Below are positions 13,100-26,848 of a DNA stretch of 64,000 bases, piece by piece. Origin of the DNA: Octopus vulgaris (Eukaryota); NCBI GenBank assembly GCA_951406725.2, contig OX597824.1:63116001-63180000 (forward strand), read 5' to 3'. The translations under genes were made by a program, and so were the position numbers. The first letter of the stretch is position 1; every line of letters begins with the position of its first letter. The notes below the pieces were generated by a model. That model searched no databases. It was not told the origin of the DNA and saw nothing but the letters and a program-made list of their open reading frames with translations.

Positions 13100-15560
13100 G
13101 TCAAAGTATCAGATAGGATATTTCGGTCGTGATCAATACCAAAGATACCAATGATAATATTGAAATTATTCTATTAACTAGAAGAATTATTATCGTAAAC
13201 AGAACTATAAGGTAAACTGTAGACAGGAAGCGACAGGTTTAACAATTTTGATATTGCCATGGAGTCGAGTGAATCTGAATTTTGCATTGCCTGGCTAACG
13301 AGTTCCTAGATCTTCATGGTGGTCTATATAGGGATGACGCTCTCTTTGTCATATCCACTAATAGCAAATATATACTTGAAACAACTCGCAAAAATATTAG
13401 GAAATTCTTCCGTACATTAACATCAACCTACCTTTTGAACTATGCACTAAATTAGTTAACAAAATGGTGAAACCGTATGGCATTTTACTAGTCAATGTAC
13501 GCCACTACCCCTGAAAGAATGTAAGAGACGTTATGGTAATAGAGCAATGAGTATGAACTTGACAGTGCAAAAATGTTGTACGAACATAAAGCCGAAGGCA
13601 TCATCAAAATATTAATTCAGTCCGACCACGAGACTGAGAATAGGAAACCAGAGTGTTAATTGAGAAAGAAAGCAAACCATACTGGATCATAGCTATAGCA
13701 TGCCCAGCTAACAACAAGGTATGCGATAAGGAAGAAAGAAAATTCCATAGATATAACAAGTTAGCTTTGGAGGTTAAGCAGTTGTGGTCGCCGAAAAAAG
13801 GTGGTAGTAGTACCAATAATTTTTGGAGCCCTGGGAATAGTGAGTAAAAATCGTCAAAAGGACATGAAATATATAGGCACTGCAATAGGGGTGGTGAACT
13901 TGCAGAAAAAAAGCATTGCTTGGAACTGTTCAAATACTCCGGATGGTGCTCCAAAAATAAGGTGTATTACCTTAGTTCACTGGTACTGAACAGCTGACAC
14001 CGTAGTATATCTCCAGCGTTAGAAACTGTGTAAAGACAATAAAATAATAATAATAATAAACTTGACTGGGTTACCAATACAGTCCGGAGAATATGCACCA
14101 CGGACAAGGATAACAGGACAATTAATATCTACGCTACCAATACGGACAGCGACCGTATCGACAACAACGCAAATAAAAATGAAGAAATAAATGAAAGTAA
14201 AAGTTCTTCACTCAAACCCCAATCTAATTATGGGGATAGGAAGCATAGCGTACACAAAGACAAGAACAGGAAGAAACGTGACGTAACATGTAATAACCTT
14301 CCCTTCAATTATATAATAGATACTAATATAAGTAGAAAATTATTTAGTACACTAAAGCGCAACTTAACCCCTTACACAAGTACTACCGCTTATTCTCTCG
14401 TAGAAACGGTAAGGTTTCCTACTCAACACTCCCCAATCTAAATACAATTATAGCTGGCCCGAATAAGAAACACATATCCATGGCCCGGAGTAGTAATAAT
14501 ACCTCTAGCAGCACCATTGCTAATATAAATCGCACTAGAAAAAACAATAATAATAATAATGTTAATATTCCTCCTATCACTGCTATCTCACCCGACACTA
14601 CTACTCTACACAACAATACGAACAGCGAACAAGTCATTCCAATGAAATCAGTCAACCTGTCACTAATAGCGATAGAGGATGTAGCAACTTTGCCACAACT
14701 ACCAATAGTCACAGCAGTATGGATTCCACTAGCTTAAGCTCACACTATACCGCTTCCTACAACCCAAACACTCTCTCCACTGCCCATATTGCCAGCCCAC
14801 CTACTCCCATTCATGTTACCGATATGCTAAACGCACAGAACACTAACATTTGTACTCGAAATTTTTCCTCTATACCATCCACCCTCAATCGTGTAGTGTC
14901 ACTATCTGAAAGCCAAATTTATTATATCAACGCCCAGTACCAACCGTCTCCGACCCAGGACACGGCAACTAATTATAATCCTCATAATATAGAACATAGT
15001 CATATAAATCCCAGCAACTACCATGCGAACAACGGTAACTCTCGCAGGTTTGAACTATTATGCAATGACGTTGGATCACATACCCGTAAAAATAAATTTA
15101 AATATTAGAAAATTTTGGGTGCAATTGTTTAGACTAAACATCTCACCCGCTTTCTGGTCGATATTTAGCAGTAAATGTGATTCACAAATGTGATGCTGTA
15201 ACGGAGATCAATACTTCTACATATAGACATTGCTCCGTAAATCTCAAGGGGCGCATATGTAAACACTATTCATATTTTAAATAAAGACATAGACCTGGCA
15301 GGACGTCTCTAGCCATGAAGATTTTGAGAGATGATGGACAACAATGTTACATTCGTTTTGAGTTGGGACATCATTAGGGTCGCTAAACCGTACTTAAACA
15401 GTAGATACGGATGCAAACTTTGCTGCATGGAGCTGTTTGAAATTTAGAGATCAAATAGTGTAAATCTACTAAACAATAAACTAGACCTTCGTCTTTCCTG
15501 TATGTATAAGGCTACCCGCGCGTTTAAATACTTTAAGGACATTAAACAATCTCTATAATA
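13100..15560 (+). mobile_element. Penelope-like element (Naiad-type) RT-thumb-GIY-YIG, decayed and interrupted
   Basis: FDIAM.., HGGLYRDDALF (RT catalytic motif at about 13315-13350), RKRDVT..N.PFN...KVSYSTLPNLNTIIAGPNKK, GCNC, and WDIIRVAKPY...CKLCCMELF...LLNNKL...SC. Confidence 0.85.
13460..14060 (+). mobile_element. R4/Dong-type 3' fragment nested in the PLE
   Basis: IIAIACPANNKVCDKEERKFHRYNKLALEVKQLW and VVVPIIFGALG (RLE C-terminus), followed by a (TAA)n tail at about 14038-14060. Confidence 0.8.
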
Positions 15561-16558
15561 GCCCCCAAACTATATCCAATCTATGTCATGCACTATTTAG
15601 CTGACCCTTTAGTTGATTGTTCTACTTATTTGAATCTGAGTCCTCTTAGTCTCGTCTTCCATATACCAATAGTCTTTAACTGCTCTTACTATACTTGCAT
15701 GTTATGCTATACTGAAGGAACTAACAATTCTATCTGTGGTGCGCACGGTTTTATGCAATGGCGATGGCATTGATACTTAACCTACGGGTACTAGCCTGCA
15801 CACCCTAGCCAGTTCTTTTCCATTTCTACTAGGTATGTATTCCTTACACTAAGATACAATTTTTTGAGCAGTGCATGTTATATAATAGATAGAACATTAT
15901 CCAAACCGCTTAGCCCGCGACTATTGTCTGGAGTTGAATTACGTGATTCACACAAATGTGATATACCATCGAATTAATTAATATTATCGCCACACGCTTA
16001 GCATTCCAGATTGTTAATCATTAGACTACTCCCTACTGCTGGCTTTCCTTGATATCCGATCCGTTATTTCGTCTAACTCCGTACCAGGTGTAGTCCATTA
16101 TATATCTCAATCCTTCTTTAAGCTCCTTATTGATAGGTGTAACACTCTACTTTTATTAAAACTTCAATTCCATAAAAGTTAGATTATATTATTTGATTAC
16201 CCTTGTACCCTCCCCCAAATTTCCAACCAATCTCCACTGAATACCCCTAAATGCTGTGTATCGCCATCCATTTCTCCTGGTCCTTCAGAATTAGCTAGAG
16301 ATTCCTATACTCTGATCCTATACCTTATTGGCTTGCAAGCTTTATTTTCCTTCACCATTACTTTTGATTTATTTATAATTTCTTTCTTCCTTTATCTTTT
16401 ATTTATCTTATGACCAATCCTTACTAAGCCTACTGTAATAAATTATTACCTACAACTCACTTCAGTCTACCTATGATTTAGTATAGCAGATAATTTCTCA
16501 TAGGTGTCGCTAACCTTAGATATCATATTACACATTTTCAAGAGCTGTATTCTTAATC

Positions 16559-17158
16559 GCTTTATGAGTTCAATAAAAACAAGGGCGAGGAATATTAATG
16601 CGGTATTTGGGGATCGGGAAATAATTGTAAGCCAGTGTCAACGGTGGTTCCAGAAATTTCGAGCCTCATCCTGGAAGATCTGTAGAACTAGACGAGGCCG
16701 TCCTGCAAAACTTGGTGGAACAAAATCCCATTGTAACTGTTCAGGAACTAACAGAAAAGCTTGGATTTGATCATTCAACCATTCATCGACACATGCGTGC
16801 CATCGGTAGGGGACTATCTTTGGCTTCAAGACGAAAGGTGTTCTTCAATAAGGTTAATGCTCGGCCACATACAGCGAGGATGACGTTCTAAAGGCTGGAG
16901 CAGTTTGTAAACGATGCACCACCCACCATATTCGCTGAATATTACCCCATCTGATTATCATTTATTCTGCAATCTTCCGTAATACTTCTCATCGGGGACA
17001 AGTGGATTTTGGAAGAGGGGCCTTGCAAGCCTACCAGATAGACGGAAGAGTATTGTAGAACATGAAAGATAATATGTTTTAGATTAAAAAAGAACTTTGT
17101 TTATCTTAATCTTGAAAAATATGTGTATAATAAGCCGCATTAATTATGAATGACCCAA
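16559..17158 (+). mobile_element. Internally deleted mariner copy
   Basis: Colinear homology to 28167-29399 with deletions. Retains ARNINAVFG..CQRWFQKF, NARPHT, HPPYS...PSDYHLF and the right TIR ...tgacccaa followed by TA. Confidence 0.85.
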
Positions 17159-17910
17159 TATATAGATATAGAGAGATCTATATATCCGTGGCTATATGGA
17201 TGTATAAATACATATATGCATTTATATATGAATACATAAGCACATGCATACATGTGTGTGTGTGACACTGTTTTTGTGTGCACAGGGGATTAGTTATGTC
17301 TTATAATGTAATAAAGTATTTATTTTCTTTCCCAAAAGTTTAACTTACGAATATTTCTTACACGCATTTCCTTTAATCTTATCGAACTTGCAATAATTTC
17401 ATAATCTTCGCTCTTTTCCTCGTGTCATTTCCCACCTCCATTGCATCTATTGATGCTAGGTTTCAGTTCTTCTATTCCAACTGTATTACTTCCTCTTCAA
17501 GTAATGTTTTATTCATCAAATTTCAACTCTCGCGAGATTTTTTTTTCTAATTTACAAAACAATTCTACCTTTCTTCTATTATATTTATTAATTTCACCTT
17601 TTCCATTATATGCCCGATTATTAGTTCTTTTTCTTTCAACTGTAATACCTCTCATTCAAATAAATTTTATTCATCAGCCGAGTAATTTATCCGATTTTTT
17701 CAAATAGTTATTATCTTCTCAACCTTACCTTAATCGTTATTTGTCTTAGTCAACTCTCTTGACATAAAACTCATCTATAATATATTTATTTCCTCATTTC
17801 TCATAGTCAGATATGATACAAATGTAAAACCCCATTTCATTTTTAATCCATTTTTAAATATCTCACAGAATTCTTGAAAAGTTTACCTCTTGCTATCTTT
17901 TTCTTTTTTT

Positions 17911-17954
<44 letters not shown>

Positions 17955-18014
17955 GTGTTTCCTTTTTTGTCAACCTCAACTTCAATTCAAATCTTTTCCG
18001 ATAGATAAAACTTG

Positions 18015-18305
18015 TTGCCAACAAGCTGGCAGAATCGTTACAACGCCGGGCGAAATGCTTAGCGGTATTTCGTCTGCCGTTACGTTCTCTGAGTTCAAAT
18101 TCCGCCAGGTCGTCTTTGCCTTTCATCCTTTCGAGGTCGATAAATTAAGTACCAGTTACGCACTGGGGTCGATGTAATCGACTTAATCCGTTTGTCTGTC
18201 CTTGTTTGTTCTCTCTGTGTTTATCCTCTTGTGGGTAGTAAAGAAATTGGTATTTCGTCTGTGGCTATGTTCTGGGTTCAGATTCCACCGAGGTCAACTT
18301 TGCCT
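18015..18305 (+). mobile_element. SINE with Nin/Deu-like domain
   Basis: gctggcagaatcgtta...gagttcaaattccgcc...gcctttcatcctttcgaggtcgataaattaagtaccag, with a partial internal repeat. Confidence 0.88.
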
Positions 18306-18324
18306 ACAGTAGAAAGGGGTTTTG

Positions 18325-18689
18325 TGGGGAGGGCGACAATCGATCACATCGACCCCAGTAATTGACTGATACTTAATTTATCGATCTCAAAAGGATAAAA
18401 GCCAAAATCGATCTCAGGGGAATTTGAACTCAGAACGTAGCGACGGCCGAAATACCTATTTCTTTACTACCCACAAGTGGCTAAACACAAAGGGGACGAA
18501 CAAGGACAGACAAACGGATTAAGTCAATTATATCGACACCAGTGCGTAACTGGTACTTATTTAATCAACCCCGAAAGGATGAAAGGCAAAGTCGACCTCA
18601 GCGGAATTTCAACTCTGAACGTAGCAGCAGACGAAATACCGCTAAGCATTTCGCCCGGCGTGCTAACGTTTATGCCAGCTCGCCGCCTT
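18325..18689 (-). mobile_element. Same SINE family in inverted orientation
   Basis: Reverse complement of 18015-18305 over about 290 bp. Confidence 0.88.
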
Positions 18690-19040
18690 ATATATTTCTT
18701 TACTACCCACAATACTTTACTGCCAGTTCGCCGATTTAACCGTGGGCCTATAATATAACGAATTATTAGTTTTGATTAATCTTTAGCACGCCCGACAAAA
18801 TGTGTGGCGGTATTCCTCCGGAATATACATTCTGTGTTCAAATTCCTCAAAGGTATATTTTGCCGATAGTTGTATCAGAATTTGAAACCGATTTTAAGTT
18901 GAATTATATACTTGAAATAATAATTCATCACCTGCGTGGAAAATGGGGATGGTCAGATTACGCCGTTCATCTAGTATGCCTAAAAAGGAGATTTGCTGGA
19001 TCATATTAAGTATGAATACGTACGTCGTTATGTTTATATA

Positions 19041-19500
19041 TTGGATTGGCAACTAAGTTCCAGCTGGGTTTTTTTTTAATTCTGAAATTTATTGCGTTTG
19101 GAATCCATCTTTTCGAGAATTCTATTTTTGAATCATTTTTGAATTTTTTTTTTCTAGTTAATTTTAGTTAATTTTTGTTTATATTCAGATCATGAAAATG
19201 GAATGTCAAGTTCAGAAAAACGAACATTTTCGTCACCTCCTTTTTGCTTTTAGTCAAGATTCTAAGGCTGCAAAAGCTGCTCGCGACATTTGTGCTGTGT
19301 ATGGAGAGTGTGCCATAGCTGGAAGAACTGCTCGGGATTGGTATGCCAAGTTCAAAAGTGGAAATTTTGACTTCAAAGACGCACCTCGTTCTGGCCGTCA
19401 AGTTGAGTTCGATGAAGAGCGATTAAACCAACTTTTGCACGAAAATTCTCGTCAAACAACAAGTGAACTTGCAGGGAAAATGGAATGCTCCCACACTGCA
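19041..19500 (+). mobile_element. Mariner 5' fragment (TIR + paired HTH domains)
   Basis: TA then ttggattggcaactaagttcc TIR. ORF 19192: HFRHLLFAF...AARDICAVYG...ARDWYAKFKSGNFDFKDAPRSGRQVEFDEERL; truncated before the catalytic domain. Confidence 0.88.
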
Positions 19501-19555
19501 ATGTTTAATTTGATTCTTAAATTTCAAATTCAAACTGATTTATATCGGATAGTTA

Positions 19556-19639
19556 TTTTTAAGTTACATTCCCAACGGGACAATTTTTAAGCTATATTCC
19601 TAACAGGACAATTTTTAAGTTATATTCGTAAAGGGACAA
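19556..19639. repeat. 28-bp tandem repeat x3
   Basis: tttttaagttacattcccaacgggacaa / tttttaagctatattcctaacaggacaa / tttttaagttatattcgtaaagggacaa. Confidence 0.85.
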
Positions 19640-20239
19640 TATATATATATATTTCTACCATTACTTCCTCTACTTCTATTACCTACCCCCACAGAACCAA
19701 GTGCACAGAAATACCCACATAGATAGATTGGCTTTCACACTGGCAAGAAGGGATAAACATCATCTCAAGCATACGGACTCTGATGTTATAGTCATACGGT
19801 TTATGAAAACGCGCGTAGCGATGTATTAATTATTTATAAATTCCATACTAGAGTTATTGTTATTATAATACATATATATAATACAGAGAGGGAGTTGAGT
19901 TGTTGTCTCTCAATAAGAAACACCTTTTGTTACTAATGTATCGAAAATTTATTGCTTTCAGCTTTTTTGTTGTTTATTCAGATTTATATTTTGTTTGAAA
20001 TTATACATTTCTTAGATCCCCCTTCGCAAACTTTCCGATCTTATAGTTTTATTGTGGGAGAATGATGGGAATTATACTATGTCTGTTCCAAGACTGCTTT
20101 CGTTTGTGCGTACGTATGTGCGAGCTTGTGTGTGTGTGTGTGTGGAAATTAATTATTTATAGGAGACATATAGTGTATTGCATCTCTTACAATTGAAATT
20201 TCACTAAGAAGACATATGTATGTGCGCGTGTATAAATAA

Positions 20240-20325
<86 letters not shown>

Positions 20326-21859
20326 CAAGAGAGAAAAATAAATAAGTACACAACAAATGTACACACACATATATATATATAATAGAAGGGTTAATTGTGA
20401 GAGATAGAGGAAGGAGTGGGTGGAAATTATATGTAAATTATGTATGGAAAATATGTGTGTTGTTTATATCAACGTTGGTACGTTTCGATTTTCAAATTCA
20501 GTTCTGTGTATCGCATTACTAATGCGTATATAAATGCTGATAAGTATTGATTTATGTTGTAGGCAAAGAGCCATGTTTTCCAGACTGGAATATATACTTT
20601 CTCATTTCTTGTATAATCTTACTGGTATCTATTTCTTATCAACATCAGATAGATAAATCACAACGTCAGTATTTAAAATCTGAACTAAGAAATAAAAGAC
20701 AAAAGAGAATGGTTTCCTCTTTATTTTAAATGGTTTGTTGAGTACGAAGACACGATATTCATGGCTTTTGCAGGCCCTCCAACAAAGGTAAGATCTATGT
20801 TTGACGCTCATTTTAAAGTTGAAAGCCAACGTAAAATTTTCAGCTTGGATGGAGTTTCTGTAAACTGGCATATGGGCTAAAATTTCAGTGCCGAAACTTG
20901 GTCAAGGGCAGGAATATCTTGGCTTATAGAAATAGGAAAACATACTTAGTCTGCAATAACTTAATACATGCGACAGGAGACCAGCCTACTTGGATTATAG
21001 GAGTAAATTGCTCCAAATATAGAGGGAAAACATGGACCACCGAGAATTAACAGCCAAATCTTTGTTATATGACATATCATGTCAAACAAAGAACAGTCTG
21101 AATAATGTAGCATAACGCAATACTGTGAGTGGGTGAGTGAGTGAGTGGGTGGGTGAGTGGGTGGGTGAGTGAGTGAGTGAGTGAGTGAGTGAATAAAAAT
21201 ATTTAAGAGAGAGAAGATCGAAATAACTTGCGTAAGTGCGTGCAAACATGAATTTCAATGGGTTCAAAGAAAGAGAACAGTGTGACCCCGCAAAATGAAT
21301 GATGGCTGAAGCCCACTTTAATATCAGTGTGTATTACATATGAATAAAGCTGGATTACCCGTTGTGAAATATCCTGATCTTACCGAAACGATGGATTTTC
21401 ATTTTCATGTGGGACGGTCAGTCTCATGTATGCTTCGTGCAACCAAATCATGAAGCTGATTTATTTCTCATTGTAGGAGTGCTGCACCCCAAGTCCATAA
21501 TATATACCCATACATCCTCATATGTTATTGAATCTTTTGTACGACACGTCTCTTATTGCATGCATAGAGTCGTTTGGAAAGAAATATTAGTAGTGTTTCG
21601 ATTGGCAGAAACAATAATGACTCAGACAAAATGACTCGCAGTACTTCTGACTTATTACACAATTTGAGTTCAAATTCAATAAAGTTCAAGTTGTTATTTC
21701 ATCGCTGCGGGTCCAATGAAATATAATATCAATCAAGTATATGAGACGGTGATATAGATTATACCCTCCCCAAATAAGAAACCACTTTATCATTAGTATT
21801 TTTAGTGATGATGACATTGTTGGTATTGTAAATTTTATACCAGCTCTTCCTTGTCTCAC

Positions 21860-22955
21860 CAATTATTTATTTATTTATTATTATTATTATCATCATTGTT
21901 ATTGTTATTTTTGTTGTTCTTGTTCTATTAAAACTCACAGCCTATAAGGCTGGGTTTAATGGAAAATGTCATTTGTCCACAGCCAGCAGACTAAGTGGAC
22001 ACTTTTTGTACTGGTTATGCTTCAAGAACCTTGCAAAGAATTCTTGCAGTTCCAAGCAGCACACATTTTTGTAGGTGTTCTACCTTCACGCTTGCACCGA
22101 TATTTCTCAGCCATGTTGGTAGTTCAGTGCTGAAACTTCCAAATGCACCAGTTACTCTTGGTATCACATCTACTCTCTTCTTTGACCACAACTTTCGTAT
22201 TTCCCACTTCAAATCGTCATAGTTGTATATTTTTTCTTCGTCTTTCGCATTGAACCTGTTGTCACCGGGGCAAGCTATGTCGTTTATCATACATGTCCTT
22301 TGTTTTTTATCCCCCACACAATGTCCGGTTTCCGATGTCTAGTCAGGCGATCGCACTGAATCATTGCACCCCAAATGATTCTGTAATTCTCATTTTCGGT
22401 GACTCCTTCTGGAGTTTGCTGATACCACGATTTTGCTCTTTGTAGGCCATGATTTCCTCAGAGTTCCCAATGGATTGTTCTTGCCACATTGTCATGGCAT
22501 CTTTTGTATTCACTTTGTGCCAATTTCGGGCATTTGCTAAGTACTCCATTCTTAGTTGCTCTTTCATTTATTTTTTCCATTATCGCGTTGCACTCTAGTA
22601 GACCGAGGTATTTATATCCTGTTTCAATTTGCTTATTCAAGTCTCTATTCGGTAATTCTATCCCTGCTACAACAGTATGTTTCCCCTTTCTATGTAGATT
22701 ATTGCACACTTCTTGAGTCCAAATCCCATTCTAATATCAGTACTAAAACAATGGACCGTGTTCACCAAGGAAATCACTTGTTTCTCATCTTTGATATACA
22801 GATTCAAATCATCCATGCAGAGGAGGTGGTTGATTGTTTGGGATTTCCCCCTTAGTTAACCCGGCAGGTTAATTTTCCTGAGTACCAAGGTCAGGGGTAT
22901 CATGCAGAGAACGAAAAGCAACGGAGATAAGCTCACACTCTGGAAAATCCCTCTT
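21860..22955 (-). mobile_element. R4/Dong-type retrotransposon, internally deleted
   Basis: GIFQSVSLSPLLFVLCMIPL, HLLCMDDLNLY, YKYLG, LSKCPKLAQSEYKRCHDNVAR and DIACPGD...LQKCVLLGTARILCKVL, with a (TAA)n-like tail at about 21860-21900. Confidence 0.88.
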
Positions 22956-23075
22956 ATTGTTATTGTTGCTGTTGCTATTTTTATTATTTCATTTTAAAAG
23001 AATTGACGTAACTGTTCACAAAGTTAAATATACAATACGAAGAACACGATGTGATTACAATATATATTTTATTGG

Positions 23076-24520
23076 TTGAACGATGTTTCGACAGCTAACC
23101 TGTCTTTATCGAGTTCAAAATGAAATGTGATACATAGAAATCCAAAATGATAGGAAGTCAAGTCCAAAATAAGAACGACGGCAACCAGCGTTCCCACGTG
23201 GATTGTGATCGTTTTGCCCTGGCGTACGCATTTGAAATGGTTATTGGAAACACTCCAGAAAAGTTTTTATTATCAGTCAAACATGCTAGCACATTCAATG
23301 TTTTGCCTCGCAAACAAAAAAAAATGTGCTCCTTCCCTGAAAGTAAAGGTTTTTTCAAATGTCTAAAAAAACACAGATGTTACTCACTTTCAATCATCTA
23401 CACAGTAATGGATTACTCCAAGAAAGATGAATAAAATTATGATTTCTCACATGAACGTTCAGAACAATTTTTAATTTTTATCACCCAATAGGTTCTATGC
23501 TTTAAATGAAGATTTCGGGCAAAGCCCAAAATGTAGTCAGAAATCTAATGAAAGTGTGACTCAGAAAAACACTTATCCAAGAAATCCATCACACTAGAGA
23601 ATAAGTCGGTCATAAGGTTATGTAAACTAAAACTTTCACCTGACGATGTCTCTGTCTTAGAGCTTGGACTGAGTTTCTGCTCAAGCACTAAGAATTTCGA
23701 CAAGAATAAACTAGCTCAAGGGCTGTTTCAGTTTGCCCGCTTTCCCAAGCTGAAGGAATAGTTTTGAGAAAAAAATGATAACCTTATGCTTGCTAATAGT
23801 AAAACTGATGATGATCGAATGTGGCATAATGGGATTTAAAAGAATCCCAATTGGTGTCCAATTGGTTCGGAATAGACCTTCCCATGCATGTGAAGCCCTC
23901 ACATGCCATTAGATCAATGTAAAACATAGGCATGTGCTTACGGAGGATGGAAGAATTACTGCCATTCCTTTCTTATAATTCTCAATAAAGATAAATTAGA
24001 GACAGCTAAATGGACATTGAGTCTGCTACAAACTGAACCAGTTAAATCATTCATTATGTCTGATATCTCTCCATTGTTTCTAAGTTTGACATCTGGAGCA
24101 GCTACAAATGTTTTACGCAGTTTATCCGTTGGATAAGTACATTACAATAAAAACCGGCAAACTAACTCCAATTTTCACTAGATCTGTTGCTGAGGCTTTC
24201 AGCGTCAGTGCAACTTTAACTTGGCTGCCGATGTTGAAATCTACAACTAAAATGCCACCAAGAGTTTGAAAGTGATGGAAAGAATCCGTTTTCTACTATA
24301 CTTATATTCAATGACAATAAAGAAAGTGCAACTCAGACTTCCAAGAAGGCAGGGATTTATACACCACCACAATATTCGACCATGAACAATTAACAATATG
24401 TCCATTTTACTAGAGCTCAATAAGTCATCATGATTAGAGTATGTTAATCCCGAAAGCATGAGAAAAATCGAGGAAAGAAAAACATCATTGTGTATCAAAT
24501 TTCTCAAGAAATTGTTTACA
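23076..24520 (+). mobile_element. Penelope-like element remnant with an antisense degenerate hammerhead at its left edge
   Basis: About 23625-23720 reads KLSPDDVSVLELGLSFCSSTKNFDKNKLAQ (PLE pre-RT motif L.kGL.FcP). An HHR relic lies on the minus strand at 23076-23118. Confidence 0.55.
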
Positions 24521-26361
24521 GAGAGAGATTTTTAGTTAAAATGCGGGATATCTAATTGTCTTAACTGATTTATCATTACTAACGCTTTAAAATCTCTTAA
24601 TCATAATTTATCAATAAACTATGTCCGTTATTTTAATCATCATCGATAAAATATTTAACATAATAAAAACCTTTTATCGACACAGATAAATTTATAAATC
24701 AAAATGAAATTAAGGAAATTTATAAACTGCAAATTTTTTATGACTCGCTAATTTTGGTTAATTCGCCAACTACGAATGACGATCTCAGGCACTTAAATAT
24801 TTCGCTGTTTTCTTCCGTTAATATGCCGAGAGTTAAATAAAATATTTGTCAATGAGAAATGTTATTTTAGTCATTCGAGAACTTAATGCAGAAAGCACAA
24901 AGCATATTTTAATCTCCACAGATCTTAATAAACAAATAACAGTCGTGATGAAAGTATCGCTAAATAGATCTAGAAAATCATTTCTTTCAGCAGTCCCTTC
25001 ACATTGTTACATGTACATGTCTTTGGCTAACACGTTTAATTATATTCTTTATGTTAGAATTTTAGCCATGGTCAGCAATAATTCAACAAACATATGCTCA
25101 AGTGTGGCTCTACCATTACGATTTCCTATTTTTACATCGCAATGACAACATTCTCAAATGTGTCCTGCATTTAAGACGGTATAACTGTGATCTGCAGGAA
25201 ATTTGGCTGCTGATTCTAGCAACCTCTACAATAATGCAAGAGGATAACGCGACGGCGGCTTAATTTCAGTGTATCTAATGCAAGAAGTGAAATGAATTTT
25301 CTAATTTCTAAACAACATTCATTTCATCGACCAATAATAGCATCAGTAAAGTTGAATCGATTTTAGCAGATGATTGAATGAATGAATGATTTGGTAAACC
25401 CAGTATTATAGTTATATTCATTAGACTTGCACGAAAATAGAAAGAGAAGTAGCTACTGAATAATAAATAGATTCACGTTTCGTGAATTACATCAGTTAGT
25501 TAGGTGTAATGCAATTTCCACTATTACGGCTTTCGCAGTAATAGCGTTTGTAGGGGTTATTTCAGCAAACGACACACTCATTTTTATCTATTGTATTTAT
25601 ATCTTAGTTATTTTGAATTCATACTCATTGCTGGTTATTCCAGTTGCAACCAGTAATTGCTATTATCTTCCTTAGATTAGTGCCAATCCTTATTTCTCTT
25701 CATAAATACAAAAGAATATACTGAAAATCATTGTCCTGCGTTTAGAATAGGTGTACATAGAAGCTTGTTAACTAAGTATAATTTAAACACACTTGACAGG
25801 CCTGTGTAATTAAACCATACCAGTTCAATTACATAATATTATTTACTGAGTGAGATACTGAACACAGGGTCGCAACGTCTGGAATTTTCCATGAAACACA
25901 AAAGAATGGTAGCTAAAGCCTAACTAATTCACTCTCCAATAGATATACACTATACGCAGACAATAAGAAGCGGGGATAGCATAACATATGACACTTACAC
26001 TTAAGTTGTTTTTTTTTGTTATGAGAAAGTAGCTTTTCGATGAATATTAATTTATTTATGTGGTAGGTGAATTGCTTTATAAATCTTTTGTTTAGCGAGC
26101 AAAACCACCATCATAAAAATAGTGACGCTTCCAGTTGTTGTAAAAAAATCTCCAGATTGTATTTTCTCCTACATCAAATAGATTCATAACAGAATATAAG
26201 AATAGATTAATAACAGATTCATTGTACTGGCTTTCATTTGTTTTCCACTTATATATTTTTTACTTTTATTTTATATTTCAATTTGCTTGCAATGCATTCA
26301 TCGTTGTTTTTATTCTTATTTTATCTTTAGACTTAAGCTACACTTTGATCGATATACATAG

Positions 26362-26424
<63 letters not shown>

Positions 26425-26812
26425 TCCGATAATCTTCACCTTCCATATCTTCATATAAAGCTTCTACTTCTACTAAAAACTTATCAATATTTATGCATAA
26501 TAAAGTGCTTGAATACTCTTATCTAACTTTGATCCCTAGTTGTCAAATGAATACGTGATGGGATTCATGACATCTGAGTGTAGCGATATAAAATGCATTA
26601 TTTGTAGACAGCGGCTGAAATGACCAGCTGTACTTCCTGCCTTCTATTGCGCGAGTGCAACGTTTTAATTGAACAACACTGAAGACACCGTTTCATTCAA
26701 ATCTATACGTGGTGATAAAACGTGCCAGTGAAAATAATATATATGTATATATGTGAGTTTGCATGTATGTGCATAGACGTGAACCATATTTATATTACAT
26801 TATATATATGTA

Positions 26813-26848
<36 letters not shown>

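Noticed and set aside
19192-19590. SETMAR-like host gene
   Set aside because: Only mariner HTH domains directly downstream of a TIR, with no SET or catalytic domain.
19556-19639. CRISPR-like array
   Set aside because: Contiguous 28-bp units with no spacers, in a eukaryotic context with no cas genes. The same holds for 53551-53690.
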